DNA of 64,000 bases from Bugula neritina (Eukaryota; Animalia; Bryozoa), in assembly GCA_964035545.1 (NCBI GenBank), contig OZ037768.1, forward strand, positions 9,456,741 through 9,520,740. The letters run 5' to 3'. The notes beneath the pieces were generated by a model. The model searched no databases and was not told the DNA's origin. It saw only the letters and a list, made by a program, of their open reading frames with translations. Positions 13,420 to 39,700 of the stretch are shown piece after piece; position 1 is the first letter of the stretch; the number at the start of each line of letters is the position of its first letter. The translations under genes and the position numbers were made by a program.

Positions 13420-14365
13420 TCGTTATTTTTGTTAATGACCCACCCAACTGTCTTGATTGCTCATGTGCCTTGTTTGTTGGTGATACCCATGTCTACCAGG
13501 AGATAGCCTCATTTAGTGACTGCAGCAGGTTCCAGCGAAATCTAGGTTCTCTTGGTGCGTGGTCAGACAAGTGGCGTATGTCAATGTCATTCAACATATC
13601 TAAGAGCAAAATAATAAGTTTCAACTCTGTAGTTGATACTCCCAATTATACATGGAATGGATCAGCGCTAGATCATGTAAACTCTACAAAATACTTGGGT
13701 GTTACACTGCAATCAGACTGCAGGTGCAACCAACATATATCAAATAAAATACTAGATGCTAGAGGACAATTGGGTATGATTAAAAAAGCTCTCTACTGGA
13801 CAGCCGTATGAGCACAATTCATTGCATACAAAGTATTGTGTCTACCACACCTTGAGTGTTCCAGCGCAGTTTGGGACCCAACCTGGAAGATATTTCTGGC
13901 TTAAAAAAAATACAAGTGGATGCAGTGCGCTTCATAGTTAATATTAAAGGTCGCGAAGATGTTGAAAGTGCCATGACGAAACTCTGCCTACAGCCCTTTG
14001 AACAACAAAAGAGACCCAGACAAATTAATCTTCTTATGAAGATTCTGGCAAAAGAAGAACAACATTTAATTCTCAGCTCTACTTATAATGACCTGCTGAA
14101 CAAATCAACAAACAGCACTATGCAGACTTGCTCCCAAGCGAGGGGACAGCCCCGATCAGTGGGTGCTAACAGTACCAAGTACCTAAGCAGTTTTCTCCCA
14201 AGGACTATTCGGGATCTGAAAGTTGGTCACAATCAAGACAATAGTTCAGAGACCTCCATAAAACAGGATTAAGTTCCTGTTCAGTCAATACAGCCCAACA
14301 GTACTAACTGTATGACTATTGACCAATGACTGTTCAACATATTACCCATAAGTAAGTGCAAGTAA
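13420..14365 (+). mobile_element. 5'-truncated non-LTR retrotransposon (CR1/L2 group), RT C-terminal region, inactive
   Basis: LFVNDxxxCLDCSCALFVGDT (degenerate FADD), WSDKWRM-FNISKSK, KYLGVTL, AYKVLCLPHLECSSAVWDP, SFLPRTIRD. Stop at 13809-13811, frameshift near 13880, short aagta-type tail. Confidence 0.9.
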
Positions 14366-14470
14366 ATTAAAATATCACTATCACTAAGAAACTAATGAGT
14401 AATGACTAAACAGCAAAAGTAAAAGTAAGACTAAATGTGAACCCACAACAGACTTGGACTGTTAGTCACA

Positions 14471-14946
14471 GGTTACTGTCGTTTCGAACACAAGTCATTT
14501 TGTACACAGCCGTTTTGTACACAAGCTGCTGTCCATTTCGTACACAAAATGAATAACAAATTAATCCATTAAATAACCACTTTAATCATGAATGATACTA
14601 GTTTACTTATTTATTGCATCCCAGCTCTCTCCCTCCCAGCATATTTTTTGAAACAAAAAATATATATATTCATTTACTATGTGCTGCCATCTATTGACAA
14701 CAATATCTAAACCAACAGAGCAGCTCCCCCTAACATCTACTATATATCAAATAATAAATAGGCACGTAGCATATTGAAATGTGCAAATTACTTATACTTG
14801 TGAGAGGTACTGTATGACTCATACATCAAACAATAAATAAATATAAAAAATATTTGTTTTAGTTGGCTTATATTCATGTGTACAAGACGACCTATCAGAT
14901 GTGTATGAAGCGACCTGACAAAGTGGGTACAAAATGACTTGCACCC
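14471..14946. mobile_element. MITE-like element with inverted subterminal (gtc(g/a)ttt(c/t)gtacac) repeats
   Basis: The left end carries about four copies of the gtcgtttcgaacac/gtcattttgtacac unit. The right end carries the same units inverted (gtgtacaagacgac, gtgtatgaagcgac, gggtacaaaatgac). No clear TSD. Confidence 0.65.
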
Positions 14947-15785
14947 ATTAATGTTATGACTAACTTGAGCTTAATCCCAATAATATTCATATTGCAATAG
15001 GCAAGAACCTGATTGCTATTCTATTACAATTTTAGTTTCAATTTTAAGTTTATTCAATTACAAACCTAATAATAATGAATAATTACAAAGATGATAAGTG
15101 TAACAATGGTATTCGTTTTAAAAAGTAACTCGTAAGGCTTATGCTAATGCCATTACTAACAGACTCAGTATAACTCTATAAGATTAAGTGTTAGTATAAA
15201 TATAATGATTAGAATATGTCTATTAGTATCAATATGAGTACCACTATCTATGAATCACCACCAACATATTATAAATATATTTGCTGTGACCAAGAGTCAG
15301 AGTTATACTCATACTAATAGTAAATGTTTATGTAATAGTAATACTCATAGTGTTAGTAACACTGTTACACTTGTAGTTAGTAATACTTATTGTTACATTG
15401 AAATAAAACTGAGCTTTGATGTGGACTGTTATACTCTTGGTGACAATCATACCAATGTTAAGCCATAATATGATCTTACTCGAAGTCAATAATATGAATA
15501 GTTATAATTATACTAATTTTTATTGCAAGTACAATTTTTGTATACAGCAAGATAGAAAGTTGTGTCTGCTGTTCAACTTCCAATTTTATGGTGGCGGATT
15601 TTGGACAGTTGTGTTTCTAACTAAATTGTCAAAGTGTTTATGCATAGATCTTAAAAACGAATTTTTGTTTTGAGTTTGAAATTAGGCATAGCATGTCAAA
15701 CACCTCATCACTAAGATGTTGATAAAAATCCATTTTATAATATAGTTAACTGTTATTTTGTTTACATATTACAGATTTTGAAATT

Positions 15786-17370
<1,585 letters not shown>

Positions 17371-17965
17371 GTGCAACAGCCTCTCTACCAAAACATATGC
17401 CAAAGAAGAAGCTTCTATATTACATCTATGCAATGCAGACTTGAAATTTATACCAAGCCCAACTTACTATGATCCTATAACTATGACGAGTATGCACAAA
17501 TTACACAAGTCTCAACATCTCTGATACTCTCATGTTGACAGCTTTAGTTTTATATACAAATGAAAGTTATTTGTAGTTTGATTTTTATTTCATCTGACAA
17601 TTGAAAATACAATACAGGTGCCAATACTAAACAGTATTTTCAAGTTTGATCCACATGATATATAATTGTATGCATATGTATATATATATCTTATAATTAT
17701 TCTACTGCAAAACTGAACACTGTTGGGTAATATTAAAAGAACACTGCAACTTAAAACAATAATGGCAAAAATTAGAAACAAAAAGCATGAACTTTGATGG
17801 TATTCCAATGATACTGAAAGGGGCCCAACAACAAATCTAACTAAATGAAATTGACAGCGTTTGCGTATAAATATTGTCAGACAATTTACAGAAATAGCTA
17901 ACACAACGTTCAAGCTGTAAATTCACAATACTTAAGTATTCTTAAAAAAATATGAACACTTGAAT

Positions 17966-20900
17966 TTAGGAGGCTTCCCCTTCGATATCTTGAACATCTC
18001 CTTCATTTCTCTCTTGACTATCCTTTCCCTCTGCAAGAGATAATGGGTGAGATACTCCAAGTCTGAACTGACATAATTACCATGCAATTTTATGCATACT
18101 TGATGTAAATTATCCAAAATATTTATTATATAGTAATATCTCACCATCTGATGGCATATCCGAAGTCCACAGAGTTAGATTATCTCTTAAAAGTTGCATT
18201 ATCAATGTAGAGTCCTTGTAACTTTCTTCATTCAGAGTATCTAGCTCAGCAATTGCATCATCAAATGCAGCCTTGGCTAAACGGCAAGCTCTATAAACAA
18301 AACGAGCAGCTTAATGTATATTAGTATTACATTTACAATGTAGTTTTACACATTTGGGTTACATGTTTTGTGATTCAGAAACTCGCGCAAATAGGATGAT
18401 TTGACATGCATAATGCTTATCTACATTCCATCACAAGCAGCTTACTATCTAAAATGTGTTTGACCAAGTGTATACAAGCTAACCTTAGACAATAATTGGC
18501 GGTCTCTTTTACTATTTAACAAATCACTGAAAGGAAATTGATGTTAGAAAAAGTAATAAATAAAAAATAAAAACTTGAATGGACACAATTATACAAAACA
18601 GAACCATCTATAGATAATATATACTATATGGCCCTTCACCTATCAGGAGAGTTGAGAATCTCGTAATAGAACACAGAGAAGTTGAGAGCAAGGCCCAGCC
18701 TGATAGGGTTGGTAGGTGGTAGAGACTCAATGGCGACATCATTAGCACTTTTGTAGGCAAGAAGACTGGATTCAGCAGCTTCCTTACGGGAGTTACCCTT
18801 AGCAAACTCAGCCTTGTACCGGCAGTAATCTCCCTTCCTATAAGCAAAGCACCGGTGAACTGGCTGTTATATAAATGTAAACTTCCTGTAAATACAGGCA
18901 CTGTACTTGCTTATCTTAAAGCTTTAATTTTTGCTCACACTAACTACACCAATATGGCACAGTGACATTCCATCTTCATAAATTATAGATTTTGCTAACC
19001 ATAGTTTGATTTTCAAAAACAAAAAGAATAAACAACAAAGATGAAGTAATTTTGTAGTAAAATTCAGTACAGCCTACAGGTAAATACTTCATTGCAGCAG
19101 AACAATTTCAAAATGTATAGCAAGTTATCAATTATCAAAAAAGAGGCCCAGTGGTGACCTAAAGAACATAATGGCTCAGTATTTAATAGGTACGACCACC
19201 ACGACCACCACTACCACCAGTGATGATGACTAGTAGTCATAGTGGCAATAGGGAATCACAGAGTTTCATCAACGCTACACTAGTACAAACAGTTGCAAAA
19301 CCAAGTAGCATTAACAGTACATAAACCATGTAAGCATGTTTTTCCAAATGATCACGGTGGAAGTGTAGAAAAACTATTACACTAATAAAAATTTACTGCA
19401 AGCCAAACTAAAGACAACAGCTTGAATCAAGAGTTATTGATTCCCCACAAGCCTATATTTTCCATCCATTTGAGACAGAAACTAAAGCAAAATCAAACAT
19501 ATTGCCCTATTTGGGGTTTAGAAAAAAGAAATGACATATGTTAACATGGCTAGGGTCATTGCATCATTTTAAATTTAGTTATAATCCCTCCAAGGATAAA
19601 ATGGTAACTTTAAATAAGATAACAGCTTCAGTCAATATGTTGGTGATTTTTCATTAAAAAAACTGCTAGCCAAGTTTATATCCTATAAAACACCGTGTTT
19701 ATTCATACTTACATTTTGTTGTAAAAAACTTTAGATTCTCCAGTGGCTGCAGATGCAAGCAAATGAAGGTCTATGATTTTTAATATGTCTTCACATATAT
19801 CTGCCAGCTCTTTTTCAATCTACATGTTCACAGATATTGTACAAATTATGTGCAAGCTAGGCCATAAGTTACATAATATTCAAATAAAATGCTTTGCAAT
19901 TTAATTATATTTAATAAAAATAAGAGTTTTAAACTGCTCAACACAGAGAAGATCATGTGTAGCTGACAAAAATTATGTTTATTGACTGTCAACCATTTAG
20001 TATTTGTGCACCTTGATTAGCTATTGTAAATGTCAATCTTTTCAAGTATACTATTTTCTGCTTTAGACTAAATGCAACACATGAAACTACAAGTGGATAT
20101 ACATACATGGACTCTATAATCATTCAGCAAAGTAAGTTTACTTTGCTCTGCTCCTTTAGCCTCTTCTTTCTGCTCCATGCTACTAAGAATTCTCCAGGAT
20201 GCTCTCCTGGCACCAATCACATTTTTATATGCAACTGATAAAAGATTACGCTCTTCAACTGTTAACTCCTGGTCTAATTTTGCAACCTTTTTCATGCTTT
20301 CAACCATTTCTGTAATATAAGTAATTAAAAAGAGATTATTATGTTAAAGTTCATGTTCTTCCAATTTAGGATTTAGGTTTGGGGTAATGTTTTACGAGCA
20401 TATAGCAATAATAATATTATCAATAAGTAGATTTTCTATTTAAAACGAAGGTTCTACATAAAATTAGGTAACTATTAATATAAAACATCAACTGATTTAT
20501 TCAACAATGAACATATAATGAGCTGGTTCTAAAAACTGCAAAAAGATTACTATCTGCTATAACTGTAAACTACATTTAGAATTGGAAACTAATAAGTAAG
20601 TTTGTCCAGCCTGGCTATGTTTGCATATATGTACACAGCATAGCCAAGGATAATTTTAATGTTAATAACTGCAATGATACAAATACTTATTAGATTATTA
20701 GCTTACAGTGTGCTAATACCAATTGAATTTGGATTTAACTTTTGCAAGTTTCCACTGAAATGCTAAAAAGTTGTAATAGAGAACTTTAATTTAGATTTTG
20801 GTTTAGTTATTAAATTTCTATGAGTATCAGTTATGTTATTGTTATTTGAAGTTTATACTGGAAAATGTTGGCCCATTCACCAAATTTATGCTTTCACAGA

Positions 20901-22233
20901 GTTTCTGCCCAATGACTAATCATTGGTTAGAAAGTCAGTGAAAGCATAAATTAGTGAATTGAAATTGAATTGAAATTCTTTGTGTCACCATAACAAAGAG
21001 CTAAATAATAGTACTAGTAGTGATAATCTTATAACTAGTCATCATTGCCTTATATATGTTAGATATGCTTTGTGTTGAATATAATAGTTATATGCTATGT
21101 TGCTCATATGGCATTAGATTTGTGCTTTACTAATTCGGAAGTCGGGACATTAGCATCTTTTTCTAAACATCTTTGAATTTGGCACACAAAAATACCATAG
21201 AGACTATTTTATTAGCCCATTTAAATTTTTGAACCAAACTTTAAAGTAACGAACCAAATAAAGTAAAGTGGCTCACTTTTAAACTAAACTGCAACTGCAT
21301 TATTTAAGCAACAAATCATGGAATATTAAATAAATAACTGCTACTGCTGGAGTTTCAAATAGTAAAATTTAAAATTATTATCAATTTAATTTAATTGAAA
21401 CTAAAAGATATTAAATCTAATGTACTTCTAGGTTGAATGAGTAACCAAAATTTAAAACTGCCTCTGTTAATATCAAGGGAAATGGTATAGTAAAACTGTA
21501 AAACTAAATTACAAATAAGTAATAACCATAGTCTATAACTACAAGGAAGCTACATTTTTCAACGAATTGCCAATTTGATATTTTACAATTTAATTATTAA
21601 TAATTGGAGAAAAAAATGGAAAGTAATCTGAACATAGAGGACTCAAATATTAATTACTATTAGCATTAGTACTACTATTACAATATGAATATCAATATAC
21701 TCTAAAAGTAAAAATAAAAATCTATAAAGTCTTAACTCTCTAAAGTAAAACTAAAACTAAAAATCTCAAGCAAGTTCTCGGTTTTTGTAAAGTTCAATCT
21801 GAATCTCTAAGTCTAACCTCTTAAAGCTACACTTACTAACCCTAAGTCTTACTCAATTACATCTAGTTTTACAATTACTAATAGTATTACTGAATTAGTC
21901 AATTGAATTTAGTTTTATTGTTTCTGACTATCTCCGTCTGTGGGTGTTACAGTTACACTAACACTAACAGTAACGCCATACTGATACTGCGGCTCTTTAA
22001 AATTAACAACACTAACAGTAATAGTCTAACACAAAGTACGACTACAGTCTTACAGCTACACTTATTCTTACAATTACTGACTCTGTGAGTGAAAGTAAGT
22101 CAAAGTGTTACTTTTAACTTCTTAGTTTATGATGAATATGAATATGATGAAGGAACTCATAAGTCTTACCATCATATCTCTCAGCCTGCTCTGCCAACTT
22201 AGCCAAATAAACATTATCATCTCTATCAGCCAT
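17966..22233 (-). CDS. YWHAE: 14-3-3 epsilon (260 aa); exons 22233-22170, 20309-20107, 19819-19713, 18837-18640, 18290-18145, 18030-17966
   Basis: [118 protein letters not shown]. Phases are consistent; minus-strand AATAAA at ~17584-17589. Confidence 0.96.
20875..20959. repeat. ~85-bp near-perfect palindrome (hairpin mini-element) in 14-3-3 intron 1
   Basis: attcaccaaatttatgctttcacagagtttctgcccaatga-ctaa-tcattggttagaaagtcagtgaaagcataaattagtgaat: ~40-bp arms with a few mismatches and a 4-nt loop. Confidence 0.85.
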
Positions 22234-23685
22234 AATTATGAATTTTGAACTTTACTATCTCAACTAGAAAACGTCAGAACAAAGTGTATGAGTATAAACT
22301 AAAGAAGCTTATTTTTGAATGTCAAATCTTAGTTTCGTCGCTTGTCTAAGTTTCAATATGGCAGCTAAATTTGACCAACAAAAAGATGCTCTTCTGATGT
22401 AAACATTCCTTAGTATTTTCGAGAAACAAAAGTGTAGACAACTCCACAAGCGACATTTTCGCATAATTTTACAATTTGTAAAGTAGAAAATAGTATTTTT
22501 TTTTCAAGTGCCATGCATAGAGTTAGGTGCAGTTAAGAAAATTTTGACGAAAATTTGCTTGTTGAAAGCTCTTACGCTTGTTTTAGATGAGCCATACCAA
22601 CAGTTTCGAAAGTGTGGAAAACTATGGATACAACGTGACCCTGCATGACCAATAAGTGGGTTACCTACATCCAGAAATTTGCAGGTTAACGAAGCTATAA
22701 CAATTTATATAACTTTTGAAATTAGACAACTAAGCTGCATGTACACAGCTAACTAACAAAATTAATTTGCAATAAAAGATAACCATTAATGTTTGAAGTA
22801 TTTTCTTGTTTTGTATTGATCACTATTTTAAACGGTCAAGACCAAGCCTGAAGTTGGCTTTAAAATTGCATAGAGGTTATAAAATATACTTTGCTTTATT
22901 TTTTTTTTAATTTGTTTCCTGGTTACATTGGTGTGGAGAGATTTGCTATCAATGTTAGAACAAGGCATTTTCTAAAACTGTGTACACTTCTGGTAATCGA
23001 TTCTTAAATGCTACATGTCGATAAAGTGAGCAAAGGCTTGTTGGCTGAGTTTTCACCATAGCCCCAATTGTAGTTTACTGGTTAGCATGCTGGCTTTCAA
23101 TCCTATATATTTAATTGCGACTGTTCCACTGACCTATTTATATTTAGCACAGTTCATCAATAAAGTACAGTAATAGGGAAATAAAGATTTATTGTATATA
23201 ACTAAAAGCTACTTCATAGTATAAGGCAGGTCTACAAAGCTTCTTTCATATTCCATAATAGATGATGTAGGTTTGTATAATGATCAAATGTAGGTTTGCA
23301 TCTACAAATAATTTGTAGCCTGTAGGTATAATTTTGTACAATGGGTAATGGCATATCATGAAAATGCTCTTGAGATTGAAATTTTACAAGTTAACTTGAA
23401 ACAACTCTATTTACATATACCTACAAATTTCAAAGTAAACACTTGCGCATCCAAAATATTGATAATAGGTTTATATACAATAAACATATAATTATATGTG
23501 AAATTTAGGCCATGCAGTGTTTTAAAAAAGAAGTAGTAAGCTGAATGAATATTATAATACACTTGAAAAGTATTTACAGCTTATTGATAATTATGATGGA
23601 GAACTACAAATTAATAAAATAGTAACAAAACTTTACAGGAGATCGATGCAAGAATATAATAAAATAATCAACTTTGATAAATGAT

Positions 23686-35461
<11,776 letters not shown>

Positions 35462-36312
35462 GTTTTACTTCCAGTTAGATTTTGTTACCCTGTAAAAAAT
35501 AACAGGAAATTACAGCTTTTGTCTAAATAACTTAACTTGCATGTTACATTTTACAGATTGCTGTAATTTTCAAAAGTTAATTATACCACAAATGTTTTCG
35601 GGCTTCATCATATTTAAAATGCATAATATCTTATCATAAAACACTCACTATAAGCTATCGGGGGAAAAAATAAGATGCCACTAACTAAACAGCTGGAGAA
35701 TGTATCATTAAATCACCATCATAATTATAATAGCAACTGATGGGATAAATACACTCCTACAAAAATAAACAGCAAAAACTATTTGAGTTATAAATTATAA
35801 TCTTTCAGACTAATTGCAATTAATGATTGATTTATAAATGTTATGTATTAAAACTATTTTATATTAAAATTAGTCACTACACACGAAGGTAAAATGCTAT
35901 AAAGTACGTATAAAGTTGAAAAATAAGTGCAAGCCTAAACTTTTTAAACGCTTGAAGTTGTTAGCAAAATAAGATGTAAGAAATACACTTGAAATCAACC
36001 ATTAAATTGTTAAGGGTAAAGTCTCCAAGGGTAAAATTTAAAATAAAATGTTTTAGCTCTCATTGGTTTTGAATTTAAACAATAATCAAGCAAAAGTCTT
36101 GAAAAAGTCAGGGATAAACTTAGACCTTAAAGACATCCTAAGTACTATAATTGCTACAGATTTTTAGTTAATAAAGACTATATCAATATGTGATTGTACT
36201 GCTCAGGATTGATAGGCCATCAACAGATAATATAACGCTGAGAGCAATTATTTTTAATGCAATTTATTTTTAAGTACTAAGTAGAAACAATTAGAAAATA
36301 GCATAATCTTAC

Positions 36313-36732
36313 CACGATCAAAAGGCAAAGGGTAGCATTTAGTAATTATCCTATCAGTTGAGCTTTTGAGTGCAAAAGTAAAATAAACCAGCTTAAAAAT
36401 GTTCAGTTGAGCAGATAAATTTATTCAGTTCCGATAAAACTATCTCATTTTTAAACCATAAGTCAGGTGGTTCTTCTCGCTATTTTAAAACTCTTCTGCT
36501 GTTTCATAAACCAATGAGCAAACTGGGTAAATTTCTACAGTCCAGTTCCACTTATACTAAGGTTCCCATGCTTTCCTATGCGCGCGTGAAAACAAAACCA
36601 CGTGCCAATGTTTTGACATGTTGCAGCGCAAGTGACGTAAAAAAATGGCGCTGAATGACTAGCTTCCATCTGATCAATGTCGATACAACTTTATCTGGTT
36701 TCTTTTAATATTGTTGAATATAGTTCATCAGA
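36313..36732. promoter_or_regulatory. Bidirectional promoter region between the MET-like gene (-) and NELFCD (+)
   Basis: Head-to-head genes. Minus-strand donor near 36312 (5'UTR exon of the RTK). Clustered GCGCGCG (36580), E-box CACGTG (36599-36604), CRE-like TGACGT (36633-36638) and YY1-type AAAATGGCG (36642-36650). Confidence 0.65.
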
Positions 36733-39700
36733 ATGGATTACGATGAAAATTTGAGCGACGAAGAAGCGGAGGTACTTTTGAAATTATCTGTGAACAATTT
36801 ATGATTAATTTTTTCTGGAACTGAAAGTGAAAAATTGTCACTGAATCTGATTTTCATCTCAAACTCAAACTGAAAGTGAGACTGTTTCAGTTTACAACTA
36901 TTAGTAGTAGTAGTGATAGTGGTAGTAGAAGTGGTACTACTACTACTAAAATTAAAACTATTTATGCACACTAAGGCCCTAGTAGTAGTACCAGTAGCAG
37001 TAGGCAAGTAGACACAAATTCAGGTTGAATGATTATATTTAATATTATTACTATTAGTGGTTGGATCACAGCTTTTTACTAGTGTTAGTGTAATCTTCAA
37101 GTGACGCAGTAACACTTATACTAATAGTTCAAGCCTAGTTAGGGAAAGATAAGACTCTTTTTGAGATGTAAATTAATCTTAGTACAGCTGTTTGTTAGAG
37201 CTTTCCATGAATGCGTCAGTTCTAGTGCTCAGTCCCAGTATTTTGCTATCTTCTCTGACTATTTCTCTTTTACCTGATGTCAGCTATCACAATATGGTGG
37301 TGTGTGTTTAAATCCCAATATGAATATAGTAATATGTTGTCACTTTCTAGTCTTTTGGCTAATCATGCTAATACTGTACTTTAGTTTGAGGAACATCGCG
37401 ATGACCATGATGATGAGGTTACTCGGCAAGAATGCACACACAAATTCTCAATGCCTGATTACATTATGGAACCAAGTGTGTTTGCTACTTTACAAAGGTA
37501 TATGGATTACCCACTATCTTTGTCATTTGTATTACTTACTTGATTGATTACATGCTTTTCATTTTGTATGGTGTTTCATGTGTGTTTACTATATTTAATT
37601 TTCAGGTACTTTGAAGCTGGTGGACTTCCAGAGCAGGTGGTGGACATGTTGTCAAATAACTACATGGCCATGGCTCAAACAGCTAATCTTCTAGCTGAAT
37701 GGCTAATCTTAGCAGGTCTAGTGTACAGCAGTACAACTTATTTTTTGTTCTTCAGTAGAAAATCGATTTCTTCCGTATATTTTATGGAAATCATCTAAGT
37801 AAGTTTCCATATAATATATGTAGATTTCTTATAAGTTGATGAAAAAAAAGCTATTTTGTAAATTTGAATACAGGTACTGATATAAGGACTGTGCAAGAAT
37901 TAGTGGAGAACCACTTGAAAGATATGATCTTAAAGCATTTTGACACTAAAAAAGCTGATGCTATATTTGCAGATGGTGAGGTAATTTGCTGTTCCAAGTA
38001 GTTTATTTTCTATTTTAAAACTTTTGTTCAAGAATTACTTACACTCTTTGCTATCATATCTTATTTATTTAGCTGTTATGTAATTAATTGGTTTTTTTTT
38101 CTTTTGCTTATATATATGCTGCATATTGCCAAAGCTTAATTTAAAATATATGAAGATATTCTTTAAAATAAAAACTAACAAAAAAGCTCTACGGAGAGGC
38201 ACTGATTTGTACCATTTTCTGTAGACTCCAGAATGGCTTCAAGAGATGATAGAGTTCCCCACCTGGAGGATGTTATTTTATAAACTGGCAGAAGAATACC
38301 CAGATTGTCTTATGTTAAATTTCACTGTGAAGGTTAAATTTTAGCCTAACAATTTACCATGTTTTCATTGCTTGTATTTTCCTCATACCTTCTAATCATA
38401 CTTTGGCAGAACTCTTGGTAATTAAGTTGTAGACGTAACAGTTCAACTACTATGATTTTGGCCACTGCATTGGCCAGGCATTTGAAAAAGTTGACTCCAT
38501 TTTCCTATTGGCTAAACCGCAGTGATCTGTGTTGTTCATACCAAAATACACTTTAAATAATTATTTAGCTAACCAGTTACTATGAAGTAGGTGTAGTAAT
38601 GGAGAGATTGGGGAAAGCCTGAGTTCTAGATTAAAAATGTAGCAAGGAAAGTTTTGTTCCTGCAAGAATTTCACTTCCAAAACGTCCCAAACCAAAATCT
38701 GTAATGAAAATTAATGAACTATGGACTTTTCTCCGCTACTGCACCTAATGAGTATTTCAGAGTTTCATTAGGAAAGTTGTTTTACAGTTGATTTCTGATG
38801 CTGGATACCAAGGAGAAATAACTTCTGTATCTACAGCGTGCCATCAGCTAGAGGTCTTCTCACGGGTTCTCAAAACCTCCATTTCCTCTTATCTCAATGA
38901 CACAGATAGCTTTCTTAAGCACAACATTTCAGACTTGGCTGTAAGTTTTAATAACGGTTTAGGATTTTAATCATGTTCACTTTAAGATTTTTCAATGCAG
39001 TAGACCCTGTTTATTGTAAGAAGAACAAAAGCAGCTATATATATTTTTTGAGTTTTTATTTCTACAACTTCCAACAATTACCAGAAAAGCAACAGTTTAT
39101 TGGTAATAATAAAGGGGTGGTGCTATTTAATGTGGGGATGTTCAATATGAAAATACTTGTATTCATAAGCATTTTTGCTAATATTACTCATAATTTTGGG
39201 GAGGGGGCACTTATTGAATGACTATTTTTAAATATTCTCCCTTGTCATAGATCGTTAAAGACTTGGGTTATAAATTGCTAATTTATTGTTTATATTATAT
39301 TACTTTGTTTCATCAAGAAACCTTTTTTCAACTCAGTTAAACTATGATTAAATTTACAGAAAATGGTTTGTCATGGTGAACACACGTACTTGTACTCTCA
39401 AATCCTCCTGTACACACTGAGTCAAGAGAGTAAAGGAGGTGCCAAGATAAAGAGACTCAGTCAAGAGCTGCAGATTCATGCAAAGGAGAGGTTAGCAGTG
39501 AACTGGTCTCCTGCTAACGCTATGCTTTTTCAACCTAAAGTTATTGTATTACTAGGTTCAACTACTGCTAGTCTACTGACGTTATAGCTGAGTAGTTCGT
39601 TCACCCAGGAGCTCTAGGCTTTGGCTAATCCCACAGCAAATTGAAGCTGCAAATTCATTTGCAAATAAGAGCAGCTCATTGATGGGATCCACTAATATGC

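Noticed and set aside
13470-14272. Two ORFs as a host gene or active reverse transcriptase
   Set aside because: Catalytic motif degenerate (FVGD), in-frame stop, frameshift and 5' truncation indicate a dead LINE.
15250-15468. Ser/Thr/Asn-rich ORF (similar ORFs at 21903-22088 and 36738-37007)
   Set aside because: By-products of the period-6 hexamer arrays, which keep frames open by chance; no splice or homology support.
18608-18901. 97-aa ORF over 14-3-3 exon 4; also searched for duplicated mutually exclusive 14-3-3 exons
   Set aside because: The ORF is an off-frame reading of the real exon, and no second copy of any 14-3-3 exon was seen in the introns.
23060-23105. tRNA-like 5' half (tagtttactggttagcatgctggctttcaatcc)
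   Set aside because: No T-arm/B-box or acceptor stem; at most a truncated SINE head, not a tRNA gene.
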